DNA from: a virus
Taxonomy: Duplodnaviria; Heunggongvirae; Uroviricota; Caudoviricetes
IMG/VR virus record: IMGVR_UViG_3300042472_000628
Span: 37,455-101,454 of that record
DNA length: 64,000 nucleotides
Strand: one strand, 5' to 3'
Under the pieces are notes generated by a model. It ran no database searches, had not been told where the DNA came from, and saw only the letters and a list, made by a program, of their open reading frames with translations. Position 1 is the first letter of the stretch. The number at the start of each line of letters is the position of its first letter. Below are positions 47,614 through 57,233 of this stretch, in pieces. The translations under genes and the position numbers were made by a program.

Positions 47614-49563
47614 ATGGTAAGAAACTTTACAGCAGATCAAATAGGCGATGCATTTATAGCCAAACTAATTACTCCATATAATGATGTCGTAGGCATTAAT
47701 TCATGGAACATAATTGTTGGTGTAAGTAATTCTAATACTGTAGGTACTCTAACAATGACTACCGGAAATCCAGTAGTTACTGGTTATCGTACTAATTTAA
47801 ATCTATTAATGGGCGATAAGATCATTGTAGGTAATATTGAATTTGAAGTAGCGAGTATAATTAATTCTACAACATTCACTGTTGTAACGCCACCTGAATT
47901 TTCAGGAACTGGCCTTAAGTTTTACAAACCATTAGATGAAGACAATTTCTTTGACTATGAATTTAAATGGTCACAAGAACCTGCAAATAGCGATGGTGGT
48001 GTAATGTCAGAATATAGATCATTGAATAATGATACAGGTTCAATGGATTTATTAGGTTTAGCATTCGATCCATTAAAACCATTATGGATCACAGTTAGAT
48101 TTACAGTTAATAGATTATCTACAGCACATACACTATCTTTGTTAAGTCTTACATTTAATATAGAAACGGTGGCTGGTGAAATAATTTCATGTCCTCAGTA
48201 TTGTACAGATTGTACAGATCCATATGCAATGAATGGTTGTGCAAATATTATCGTTGATTGTGATGAGAACCTATTTAATCCGTATAATCTAACAAAACCT
48301 ACAAATTTATATAAGCAAATGTCTGATCTTTCAACTAATATGTTTGGCCACATGGTTAAATATTTTAGAGTAGAACCAGATCAAAGATCACGTGACGTTA
48401 TATTAATGGAATATTCATTGTATAACGTAAAAGAAACAGGCGAATTTAAAATCATGGTACCAGATAATGAGTTACCTTCTAATGACTTTAAATTTGACAT
48501 ATATGGAATGAGTTTTGAAGATTTTGAAATTCACGTAACTGCAACACAATTTAGTTCTGCATTTGGTTTTGGAAAAAGCCCAAGAGCTAGAGATTATCTT
48601 TACTTTCCATTAAATAATAGAATGTATGAAGTTACAGCAGTTACATTTGCAGATGAATTCAATATGAATATGACATACTGGAGAGTAATGCTTAAGAAAT
48701 TTGAAAATAGAACTAGTTCTATACATACTGATTCTGCAATAGAACAGGAACTTAGCGATTTAATTACTGGTATTGATGAAGTATTTGGCGAAGAAATTCA
48801 ACAAGAATATACACAAGTTAGTAAACCAGAACAATATCAAACTGTATTCAATACAGTAGGTGATGGTATACGCGATAGAGTCCATAACAATTTAAGTATA
48901 TTAGATACTGAGATTAGAAACAAATGGACTATTATTAGCAAGAACACATACGATCTAAGTTCTATTAGTGATGTGGGAATTGAAGCTGTTGTTTATAAAA
49001 GAAAATCAACTTTAGCAACAGATGAAAATTTAGCAGTAACTCTATGGTTTAGACCAGATTTATCTGCTGCTAATCCTTCTGCTGTTTTATTAGATGGATT
49101 AATAGACCAAAAAGGTCTAAAAATATCAACAACAAATGAAAACATATTTGTTCAAATAAATAATGATACACATCAATTTACATACAATGCTCCAGTAAGT
49201 TCAGCAGCATGGTACGGTATGGTATTTAATTTGAATAACAAATATAATCAAATATCGACCACTGTCTATAAATTAGAACCAGGTAACAATTTATTACCTA
49301 ATAATACAACGCAGAATAGTATTACGAATATATTAGATGAAACCAAATCTATAACGCAATACAGTTGGATAACTACGAAACAATATGCACTTATGCCAGG
49401 TAAAATAAAAATGACCAACATAAGAATGTTTAAAAAACCTATAGAATCAGAGCAAAGACTTAATGTATTACAACAATATGTGGTTAGAGATAATCAACTT
49501 GCAACGATTATAGACAACGCAATTCCTTCTATTCAGCTTAGACGTTACAATCAAGCCAGATAA
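47614..49563 (+). CDS. Virion structural protein (neck gp14-like core with a C-terminal LamG-like domain)
   Basis: Late promoter at 47577; GHMVKYF..DVILMEY..PRARDYLYFPLNNRMYEV resembles gp14; C-terminal TLWF/WYGMV beta sandwich. Confidence 0.5.
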   Translation: MVRNFTADQIGDAFIAKLITPYNDVVGINSWNIIVGVSNSNTVGTLTMTTGNPVVTGYRTNLNLLMGDKIIVGNIEFEVASIINSTTFTVVTPPEFSGTGLKFYKPLDEDNFFDYEFKWSQEPANSDGGVMSEYRSLNNDTGSMDLLGLAFDPLKPLWITVRFTVNRLSTAHTLSLLSLTFNIETVAGEIISCPQYCTDCTDPYAMNGCANIIVDCDENLFNPYNLTKPTNLYKQMSDLSTNMFGHMVKYFRVEPDQRSRDVILMEYSLYNVKETGEFKIMVPDNELPSNDFKFDIYGMSFEDFEIHVTATQFSSAFGFGKSPRARDYLYFPLNNRMYEVTAVTFADEFNMNMTYWRVMLKKFENRTSSIHTDSAIEQELSDLITGIDEVFGEEIQQEYTQVSKPEQYQTVFNTVGDGIRDRVHNNLSILDTEIRNKWTIISKNTYDLSSISDVGIEAVVYKRKSTLATDENLAVTLWFRPDLSAANPSAVLLDGLIDQKGLKISTTNENIFVQINNDTHQFTYNAPVSSAAWYGMVFNLNNKYNQISTTVYKLEPGNNLLPNNTTQNSITNILDETKSITQYSWITTKQYALMPGKIKMTNIRMFKKPIESEQRLNVLQQYVVRDNQLATIIDNAIPSIQLRRYNQAR

Positions 49564-49609
49564 TACGTATCTAGCATAGGTTGATATATAACCTATAAAT
49601 AACATTTTT

Positions 49610-50275
49610 ATGAGCGAAGAAAAGAAAAAGAATATATCTGAACAGGCAGATCAAATTCGTAGAGAATTAGACGATCTAATAGGAGACACAGGTATGATGG
49701 ATGTTGAGACTGATCCAGTAGATCTTCCAATCAAACAGCCTAGGACCGATTTGGCACCAAGAGTCAGTTATGAAGAATTAAAGTCAGCTGCAACCAAAAA
49801 AGCAGAAAAGACTATTACAGCTCTTATGAAATTTTATCTCGATGCAGATATTATTGAAAAGGACGAATACATTGCCGCAAAGAAAAAGATGGACGAAATG
49901 ACTATGTCATCTTTGATTTACCAATTACAAGCGGGAGAAAGAGCATTAACCACACTTTTACAAACTATTGATGATGGTGAATTAGCGCCTAGAATGTTTG
50001 AAGTACTTGCTACTTTACAAAAATCCATGTTAGATATTATCAAATCACAAACAATGTACTTAATGGCTTCTGAGGAATCTACTAAGAGAATTGCACGTGA
50101 CATCGAAATCTATAAAAAACGAGATGACGTTAGAGAAATAGAATCTTCTGGCGGAGATACTACAAATAAAAATCTACAAAGAGGTACTAAAGATTTAATG
50201 GCAGCCATTCAAGCCGGTATTAAACGAGGACCTGTAGAAGATATTGAGGACATCGAAGAAATAACAGAAGAATAA
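49610..50275 (+). CDS. Putative terminase small subunit
   Basis: Helical protein directly upstream of, and coupled to, the large terminase; PRMFEVLATL motif. Confidence 0.45.
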   Translation: MSEEKKKNISEQADQIRRELDDLIGDTGMMDVETDPVDLPIKQPRTDLAPRVSYEELKSAATKKAEKTITALMKFYLDADIIEKDEYIAAKKKMDEMTMSSLIYQLQAGERALTTLLQTIDDGELAPRMFEVLATLQKSMLDIIKSQTMYLMASEESTKRIARDIEIYKKRDDVREIESSGGDTTNKNLQRGTKDLMAAIQAGIKRGPVEDIEDIEEITEE

Positions 50276-52101
50276 TGAGTGATTATGTAGGCGATAATAA
50301 ATGGATCCCCAAAGATGAGGGTGATGTAATGTCAGATAAAATTGTTTGGTCTACTAAACAAGTAAATGATTTGATGATTGCAATGGATCAAGGTTTTAGA
50401 CCTAAGGTTGCCATGCCATTCTATGAAGGTAAGAATTTCTTACGTAAAGGTAACATTGTATTCGAATACACTGACGAAGAGATTACAGAATTAGCACGAT
50501 GTGCAACAGACATTGTTTATTTTGCAGAGAAATATGCAGTAGTAATGACAGATAATGGTATTCAACAAGTACAACTTAGAGAGTATCAAAAAAGAATGTT
50601 AAGAAATTTCCAAGATGAAAGATTTAACATTGTATTAGCATCAAGACAGATGGGTAAAACCGTAACCGCCAGTATTTTCAATGCATGGTACTTAATCTTT
50701 AATACAGATAAAAATACACTACTTTTAGCCAATAAATCTGATTCTACAAAAGAGATCATAGATAAAGCAAAAGTTGTAGTTGAGAACGTACCGTTCTTTA
50801 TGAAACCCGGTATTATCAAATATGACGTCATGAACGTTCGTTGTGATAATGGTTGTAGATTAGTTGGACAAGCTACCACATCTAAAGCAGGTATTGGATT
50901 TACGATTCATAACTTATACTTAGATGAGTTTGCGCATATTCACCCAACTATTGTGGATGCATTCTATGAAAACGTTTATCCTACATTATCAGCATCAAAG
51001 GTATCTCGTATCACAATTACATCAACACCAAATGGATTTAACAAATTTTATGAAATCTATGCTGCTGCTGATAGAGGTGATAATGAATACAAAGCAATGC
51101 GTATTGACTGGTGGGAACATCCAGACAGAGATGATGCATGGTATAATAGAGAATTAGGTAACTTAGGTACTATTGAGGCCTTTAATAGACAGTATGGAAA
51201 TGAATTCGTTTCGTCTTCTAACTTGTTATTAGATCCTATAGATTTAAAGAAAATGCGTAAACGTATGCAAAAATATGTTTATCATGATTTTGATGAATTT
51301 GATTATATTTCAATTGACGTTAAAGATTTCTTAATGTGGGATCCTAGATTTGATATAGAAACTACAAAAGATCCAGAAAATTTCTGGTTATTTTCAGTAG
51401 ATATTGCAGAAGGAAATGGTGGTGACTATTCAGTTATCAATATATTTCAAGTAGAACCTATGAATAAAGAAGAGATTAACAATGCTACAAATCCTGGAGC
51501 GATGTATGATTTCTTTAAAATAAATCAAATTGGTATATTTAGATCAAACGAACACGTTATTGAAGATTTCGCAAAGGTCTTATATACATTATCATGTGAG
51601 ATATTCTATAATGAGAATGTTAAGATGATCGTAGAATACAATACATATGGCTCAGTTTTATTCCAATACTTAAGATCAGTATTTCCACAGAAAAATGATT
51701 TTGATGATGAGATGGTAGTTAAGTTTAGACATAGACACGATTCTAAAACATTAAAAGCAGGTATAAAAATAAAATCTGATAATAAAGCTATATTTTGTCA
51801 AAATTTCGCAAAGCTCTACAAGATAAATAGGATAAATATAACAGATGAAACAACTGTAAATGAAGCAAGTCTTTTTGGAGGTTTACCAAGAGGTGGTTAT
51901 GGAGCTCAAATGGGAAATGATGATACTATCATGACTGTGATTAGTTCTACTGAATTTTTCAACACCACAGATTATGCCGATTATATTGAAGAGCTTCTGG
52001 ATTTTATAGATCCTGACTTACATGAAGAAATGGAAAAGATTTTATATAAAGATAGTTCATTTGATGGAGATTTACAGTACGACATATATGATTTGATATA
52101 A
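50275..52101 (+). CDS. gp17: Terminase large subunit
   Basis: QLREYQ, ASRQMGKT, YLDEFAH, TSTPNG, SVDIAEG, NDD. Confidence 0.95.
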   Translation: MSDYVGDNKWIPKDEGDVMSDKIVWSTKQVNDLMIAMDQGFRPKVAMPFYEGKNFLRKGNIVFEYTDEEITELARCATDIVYFAEKYAVVMTDNGIQQVQLREYQKRMLRNFQDERFNIVLASRQMGKTVTASIFNAWYLIFNTDKNTLLLANKSDSTKEIIDKAKVVVENVPFFMKPGIIKYDVMNVRCDNGCRLVGQATTSKAGIGFTIHNLYLDEFAHIHPTIVDAFYENVYPTLSASKVSRITITSTPNGFNKFYEIYAAADRGDNEYKAMRIDWWEHPDRDDAWYNRELGNLGTIEAFNRQYGNEFVSSSNLLLDPIDLKKMRKRMQKYVYHDFDEFDYISIDVKDFLMWDPRFDIETTKDPENFWLFSVDIAEGNGGDYSVINIFQVEPMNKEEINNATNPGAMYDFFKINQIGIFRSNEHVIEDFAKVLYTLSCEIFYNENVKMIVEYNTYGSVLFQYLRSVFPQKNDFDDEMVVKFRHRHDSKTLKAGIKIKSDNKAIFCQNFAKLYKINRINITDETTVNEASLFGGLPRGGYGAQMGNDDTIMTVISSTEFFNTTDYADYIEELLDFIDPDLHEEMEKILYKDSSFDGDLQYDIYDLI

Positions 52102-52157
52102 ATTTCGAAAAGAGAATAGATATATAATAAAAGTAAAAAAAATAAATAATAACAACT

Positions 52158-55004
52158 ATGGCATTAAGTCCTCAATTATTACAGTTCAAAAGCTCAGGTG
52201 TATATCGCCTAGAGTTTGACAAATCACAAACAGTTAATATTCCTGCTGAGACTATTAGACTTGTTGTTGGTAGATCTAAAAAAGGTCCATACAACACTCC
52301 AGTATTTATTGAAAACACTGAACAATTCATTCAAGTTTTTGGTAGTATTGATGCGTCTTTAGAAAAGAAAGGAATGTACTTTCACAGATCATGTTTAGAG
52401 ACTCTTTCAAGAGGACCTATCTTGGCTTTGAACTTAACTGCGGCAGATGCAGCTGACAGAGTTGCATTAGTATCTCCAGTAACTAATTCTTCTCAAGAAG
52501 GTTTAGCAGCAAGAGAAGCTTCTGTTCAATACAGTGACATTTTTGACACTGATAAATTCTGGGTTCCTTCAGACATCAAAACATTAGCAGCTGCTACAAA
52601 TACTGATGATGATTCAAACAACGCAATTACATTTGCAAACATTAAACAAGAGCCTATTTCAGTTATCATTAGACAAGCTGCTAATACTGCAGGTTTTGAA
52701 ATGACAGCTAGACAATGGTATGGTGAAGGTAATGTACCAGAAGGTATTGAAGATTTAGATTACGTATCAGACTACATGGTAGATGTATTCGTATATAAAG
52801 GACACTACGATGCTACAATTTTAAACAATGACCCAACTTACGGTGCTTACTTTAGCGAAAAAGGTTTATTTAGAGATCAATTAGCTAAATTCACTGCATT
52901 AAGAGAAGTTAGTTTAGTAGCACAATACACTGGATCAGTTATTCCTGAATTCCAAGATCAAGAAGGTAATTTATTATACATTGAAACTTTGATCAACTTG
53001 GAAGCAAGAAGAACAGGTTTATTCTGTGCAATTAATGAAGAAGCACTAGCTAACATTGATTTTGTTGGTAATGGTTTTAACATCTATCAAGATTATAAAG
53101 TTCTTTCTCATAGAGTTGAGCAAGATGCAGCACCTGAAAACATCGAAATCGAAAACATATTAATAGTTGACGGTAATGAATTAACAATAGAAGGCGCTAG
53201 CGTTCTAGATTTAACTTCAGAAGGTATTACAGATGCAGGTTTCTTAAGAGCAGCTATTGATGGAGAATATACACCAATTGTATCGGTTTCACAAGACGGT
53301 TTAAATGTTATTATTGAAACTGAATCTGCTATTAGAAAATCAACTTATGAAAGTTTTACTACTGGAACTGCAGCTACTTTTGGAGCTGGACCTATCATGG
53401 TTGTTAATGGTGAAATCATTATCGCATGTCCAACAGGTATACTTACTACAGCAGGAGATATTCAATTAGGAGGTTTCTTATTAGGAGCTAATAATCTAGA
53501 TTATGTAGAAATTTCTGCAGTGAATGAAGTAGTTCCTTATCAATTAGTACCAGGAGGACCAGATGTTCCTGTTGTAAAAATTACAGCAGCTGGTGGTGAA
53601 TCATTTAGCTCAAATTATATTACAGCTTCAGCTACTACGCTTCCAGCATACATAAGAACAGAATCACATACATTTGAATTCACTACAATTGAGCCAAACT
53701 CAAGAGCAGTTATGTTACCATCATTGGTTGATAACTACAACTTTAGTGACAAAGGAGCAGGTATCTTTACATTATCAGCTACTTTAGCAAATGATACATT
53801 TGATTGGTTAGATGTTAAAGTTGGTATGTATGTACCAGCAGATGGTGGTAAATTAGCGAGAGTTAAAAGAATTATCAAAACTACTGAATCTGGATCTAAC
53901 TTCTATACATTTGAATGTCACAGACCAGTATCTTCTAGACCAGCATACGCGCTTAAGAGATATGAAGAAAGTACAACTACTTACACTATGTTCCCATTAG
54001 CTGCAGCAACACAAGCAGATAAATCAATTGCAACCTTATTAACTCAAATGAAACCAGGTAATGGTTTATCAAACACATTGATTGATAAAGATGCTATCAC
54101 ATTCAGATATGTTGTAGATACTTTCGGTTCATTAGAAAATGGAGGAATCCTTAACAAAGAAGAAATTACAGCTCTTTGTAAAGAGAGACAAAATGCTTCT
54201 GCAATTCTTAACGCACCAATGGTGAAAGAATTTAAAGCAGCAACTAATCCATCATTCAAAGATCAATACACTGGATCATTCGAAACAAGATTAGTAGCAA
54301 CTGGAGGTAATTTAGAACTTAATCCTACTGCAATTTATACATTACCAAGTCTTACTGAAGGTGCAAACTTTGGTTTTTACTACTCACCAGGACTTAATAT
54401 AATTGAAAACGGTAGAACTAAAGTTATTCCACCAGCAGCTTACGTATCTAACAACTATGTTGATAAATATTTAAATGCATTGCCTTGGTCAATCATCGCA
54501 GGACCTAGAAGAGGTGTTGTAGGTGGTACAGGTGTACAAGGATTAGAATTCGCATTTGATAAAACAGATAGAGATTTCTTAGAGCCATTCGGTATCAACC
54601 CAATCGTATTCGAAAGAGGTGTTGGTTTGACTATCAAAGGTAACAAAACTGCACAACAATCAATTCAGTCAGCATTGTCTTCAGCTCACGTAAGAGAAGC
54701 AATGATCTACATTGAAGATGGTTTAGCAGAAATCTTGAAAAACTACTTATTTGAATTCAACACAGCTCAAACAAGATTAGAGATTAAAACTTTAGCAGAT
54801 TCATTTATGGAATCAGTTAAAAAAGACGGAGGTGTATACGACTATAGAAACATCATGGACGGAACAAACAACACAAATGAAGTTATCGATAATAACATGG
54901 GTATTTTAGATACATTTGTTGAGCCAGTTAAAGGTCTTGAAATCTTAGTATCGAGAGTAACTATCTTGAACACGGGAGAAATTGCAACCGGAAACTTTGC
55001 ATAA
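52158..55004 (+). CDS. gp18: Tail sheath protein with a large internal insertion
   Basis: SSGVYRLEFD, PPAAYV, AGPRRG, INPI, GNKT, HVREAM. Confidence 0.93.
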   Translation: MALSPQLLQFKSSGVYRLEFDKSQTVNIPAETIRLVVGRSKKGPYNTPVFIENTEQFIQVFGSIDASLEKKGMYFHRSCLETLSRGPILALNLTAADAADRVALVSPVTNSSQEGLAAREASVQYSDIFDTDKFWVPSDIKTLAAATNTDDDSNNAITFANIKQEPISVIIRQAANTAGFEMTARQWYGEGNVPEGIEDLDYVSDYMVDVFVYKGHYDATILNNDPTYGAYFSEKGLFRDQLAKFTALREVSLVAQYTGSVIPEFQDQEGNLLYIETLINLEARRTGLFCAINEEALANIDFVGNGFNIYQDYKVLSHRVEQDAAPENIEIENILIVDGNELTIEGASVLDLTSEGITDAGFLRAAIDGEYTPIVSVSQDGLNVIIETESAIRKSTYESFTTGTAATFGAGPIMVVNGEIIIACPTGILTTAGDIQLGGFLLGANNLDYVEISAVNEVVPYQLVPGGPDVPVVKITAAGGESFSSNYITASATTLPAYIRTESHTFEFTTIEPNSRAVMLPSLVDNYNFSDKGAGIFTLSATLANDTFDWLDVKVGMYVPADGGKLARVKRIIKTTESGSNFYTFECHRPVSSRPAYALKRYEESTTTYTMFPLAAATQADKSIATLLTQMKPGNGLSNTLIDKDAITFRYVVDTFGSLENGGILNKEEITALCKERQNASAILNAPMVKEFKAATNPSFKDQYTGSFETRLVATGGNLELNPTAIYTLPSLTEGANFGFYYSPGLNIIENGRTKVIPPAAYVSNNYVDKYLNALPWSIIAGPRRGVVGGTGVQGLEFAFDKTDRDFLEPFGINPIVFERGVGLTIKGNKTAQQSIQSALSSAHVREAMIYIEDGLAEILKNYLFEFNTAQTRLEIKTLADSFMESVKKDGGVYDYRNIMDGTNNTNEVIDNNMGILDTFVEPVKGLEILVSRVTILNTGEIATGNFA

Positions 55005-55039
55005 TAAAATAAGATATATAAAATAAACACATAAAAACT

Positions 55040-55597
55040 ATGGCTTTACCACATTATTCAGAAGATCAAACACAGAAGAAAGGAAAGAACTTCGAACCAG
55101 TACAGGCAAACCTGTTTGAGGTGACTATCTTACCTCCTGATGGAGTAACTGGACAAGAATTGTTATTACAACATGTAAACACAATTTCAGGTCTTGCAGC
55201 TTTACACAAAGAAGTTGCTGCAATCGAGCAAAAGTATAAATTCGCTACTAGATCATTCGCTGGTATGGTAGACAATACTTCAATCGATGTTACTGTAAAC
55301 TTTTCATTGAACTTAAATGACGCTAACCAAGCGTACTTATACAAAACATTACGTCAATGGTACAGAGCACAATATAATCCAGAAACTGGTGAAATGGGCT
55401 TGAAAAAGAATTACGTAGGAACAATTGTAATTGTACAATTCAACAGAGAAGGTGATATTTGGAGAAAAATCACATTAGATGATTGCTTCATCACTTCAGG
55501 ACTTGGATTTACAGATCAGTTAGACTATTCAGCAGCTGACGTTCAAACATTAGAAATCACTTGGAGATCTGATGTATACGCAGAAGAAGTAAACTAA
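55040..55597 (+). CDS. gp19: Tail tube protein
   Basis: NLFEVTI, WYRAQYNP.TG, LDY; follows the sheath gene. Confidence 0.88.
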   Translation: MALPHYSEDQTQKKGKNFEPVQANLFEVTILPPDGVTGQELLLQHVNTISGLAALHKEVAAIEQKYKFATRSFAGMVDNTSIDVTVNFSLNLNDANQAYLYKTLRQWYRAQYNPETGEMGLKKNYVGTIVIVQFNREGDIWRKITLDDCFITSGLGFTDQLDYSAADVQTLEITWRSDVYAEEVN

Positions 55598-55611
55598 TAA
55601 ACACTTAACAT

Positions 55612-55647
55612 AATAAGAAGGTGATGAAAATTACCTTCTTATTTTTT
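55612..55647 (+). terminator. Rho-independent terminator
   Basis: AATAAGAAGGT ... ACCTTCTTATT followed by T. Confidence 0.85.
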
Positions 55648-55687
55648 GCAAGATAAATATAATATATTATTAACATATCAAAATATT

Positions 55688-55909
55688 ATGAATAACCACA
55701 AACTAATTAAAAAACTTCAAGTTCTTCTTACAGAAGATGAAGTGGCTGCGGTTAATCGATGTATCTTAAATGATGCTATAGATACTGAAACAAGGCCAAT
55801 ATCTGTTAGTGCATGGATTAGAGACTTAATAAAAAAAGAATTAAGTATTAAATCAGTTGAACAACAGTCGTACGTAAAAAATAAAATTAAAAACCTAAAC
55901 AACAAATAA
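55688..55909 (+). CDS. Small ribbon-helix-helix-like protein
   Basis: KKLQVLLTEDE ... SVSAWIRDLIKKEL; start reassigned to the ATG at 55688. Confidence 0.5.
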   Translation: MNNHKLIKKLQVLLTEDEVAAVNRCILNDAIDTETRPISVSAWIRDLIKKELSIKSVEQQSYVKNKIKNLNNK

Positions 55910-55910
55910 A

Positions 55911-56912
55911 ATGAGCGAAGAATTAAACAAAGAAGAAATAGCAGCAGCAATGTTAGAAGCTAGAGATCAAATCAATAATCCTATAGCTAATCAACATGAC
56001 AACGAAGAAGTTGTAGTTGATATGTTAAGTGCTGTAGAATCAAATGGATTGGGTAAAGTTAACATGGATAATTTTGGACAAGCAAGACCTGAAAAATCTG
56101 CAGACCAATTTTTAGGATGGATGGTACTTGATCAAGAGGAATTGCCTTCTAAAGGTAAATTCTACCCACATGAAACAGTGATTAAAATCAGATCAGCGAG
56201 AGCTGCTGAGATTAGACATTTCTCAACAATGGATGAAAATAATTATATTGACATGGAAGAGAAATTGAATAACATTGTAGAAATGTGTACTCAAATTACA
56301 GCAGGCGAAAAAAGATTATCTTACAAAGATATTTTAGAAGAGGACAGAATTGTACTTTTATTAAGTATTAGAGATCTTACTTTCCCTGAACCAGAAAACA
56401 AACTGATTCTTAAAGGTAAAACTGAACACAGTAAAATCGCTGTAGATATTGAATTGGCTTCAAGATATTTAGTTGCTACACAAGTACCTACTGAAATCGA
56501 AGCTTATTACAGTTCTAAAGAAAGAACTTATGTTATCAAGACTAGATCTGCTGGTGAAGTTAGAATGCGTCCGCCTTCAATTGGTGTAATGCAAGAGATC
56601 ACCAAGTATCTTAAAGATCGTCAAGAAAAAGAAATTGAGTTCGATAAAGCATTTATTCAAGTATTGCCTTACATCACACCAGATTGGAGACAATTGAATT
56701 TGCCTAGAATCTTTAGCTTAGAAGTTGATTATAAAGCATGGGATCAAAATAAGTTTATGGTAATCTATAGACTTGCAGAAAAAATGAAAATTGGAGTTGA
56801 AACTACATTAGAAATGGAATACGACGGGGAGATCGCAAAAGCCCCTCTTGAGTTCCCAGGTGGCATCAAAAGTCTTTTCATTATTTCAGATCTCGCTGGA
56901 GAATTACTTTAA
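55911..56912 (+). CDS. gp26-like baseplate hub / tail assembly protein
   Basis: LPSKGKFY, IRSARAAE, DRIVLLLSIR, MRPPSIG; located upstream of the tape measure. Confidence 0.7.
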   Translation: MSEELNKEEIAAAMLEARDQINNPIANQHDNEEVVVDMLSAVESNGLGKVNMDNFGQARPEKSADQFLGWMVLDQEELPSKGKFYPHETVIKIRSARAAEIRHFSTMDENNYIDMEEKLNNIVEMCTQITAGEKRLSYKDILEEDRIVLLLSIRDLTFPEPENKLILKGKTEHSKIAVDIELASRYLVATQVPTEIEAYYSSKERTYVIKTRSAGEVRMRPPSIGVMQEITKYLKDRQEKEIEFDKAFIQVLPYITPDWRQLNLPRIFSLEVDYKAWDQNKFMVIYRLAEKMKIGVETTLEMEYDGEIAKAPLEFPGGIKSLFIISDLAGELL

Positions 56913-57159
56913 GACTAAGTTCTATCTGGGCATACATCTCCGAATGCAGCCGTCAGAGATCGAGAACATGTATTACTATGAATTTTGGTACTACTTGAAA
57001 AATCTCTCGGAATACATTAAAGAGAAAAATAATCAGAATAAGGATCAGGAAGAACAGTCAGCGAAACAACAGAGTGATATGAGCTCTAAATATAAAGCGC
57101 CGGCGATGCCTAAGATCCAGGGAATGAAAGCACCTTCTATGAAGATGCCTAAATTCTAA
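56848..57159 (+). CDS. gp51-like assembly chaperone segment, probably reached by frameshift from the upstream gene
   Basis: SLENYFKTKFYL...SEIENM..YE matches the gp51-like pattern. The conserved part overlaps the upstream ORF in the +1 frame and has no ATG before it. Confidence 0.65.
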   Translation: MSSQVASKVFSLFQISLENYFKTKFYLGIHLRMQPSEIENMYYYEFWYYLKNLSEYIKEKNNQNKDQEEQSAKQQSDMSSKYKAPAMPKIQGMKAPSMKMPKF

Positions 57160-57172
57160 AGATATATAAAGA

Positions 57173-57213
57173 GTATGGACAAACGCTACAATACAGTAGC
57201 GTTTGTCTTATAC
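57173..57213 (+). promoter_or_regulatory. Strong 5'-UTR hairpin of the tape measure gene
   Basis: GACAAACGCTAC/GTAGCGTTTGTC 12-bp perfect stem with no U tract, between GATATATA (57161) and the TTG start. Confidence 0.6.
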
Positions 57214-57233
57214 CTAAAAAAGACTAATATACA

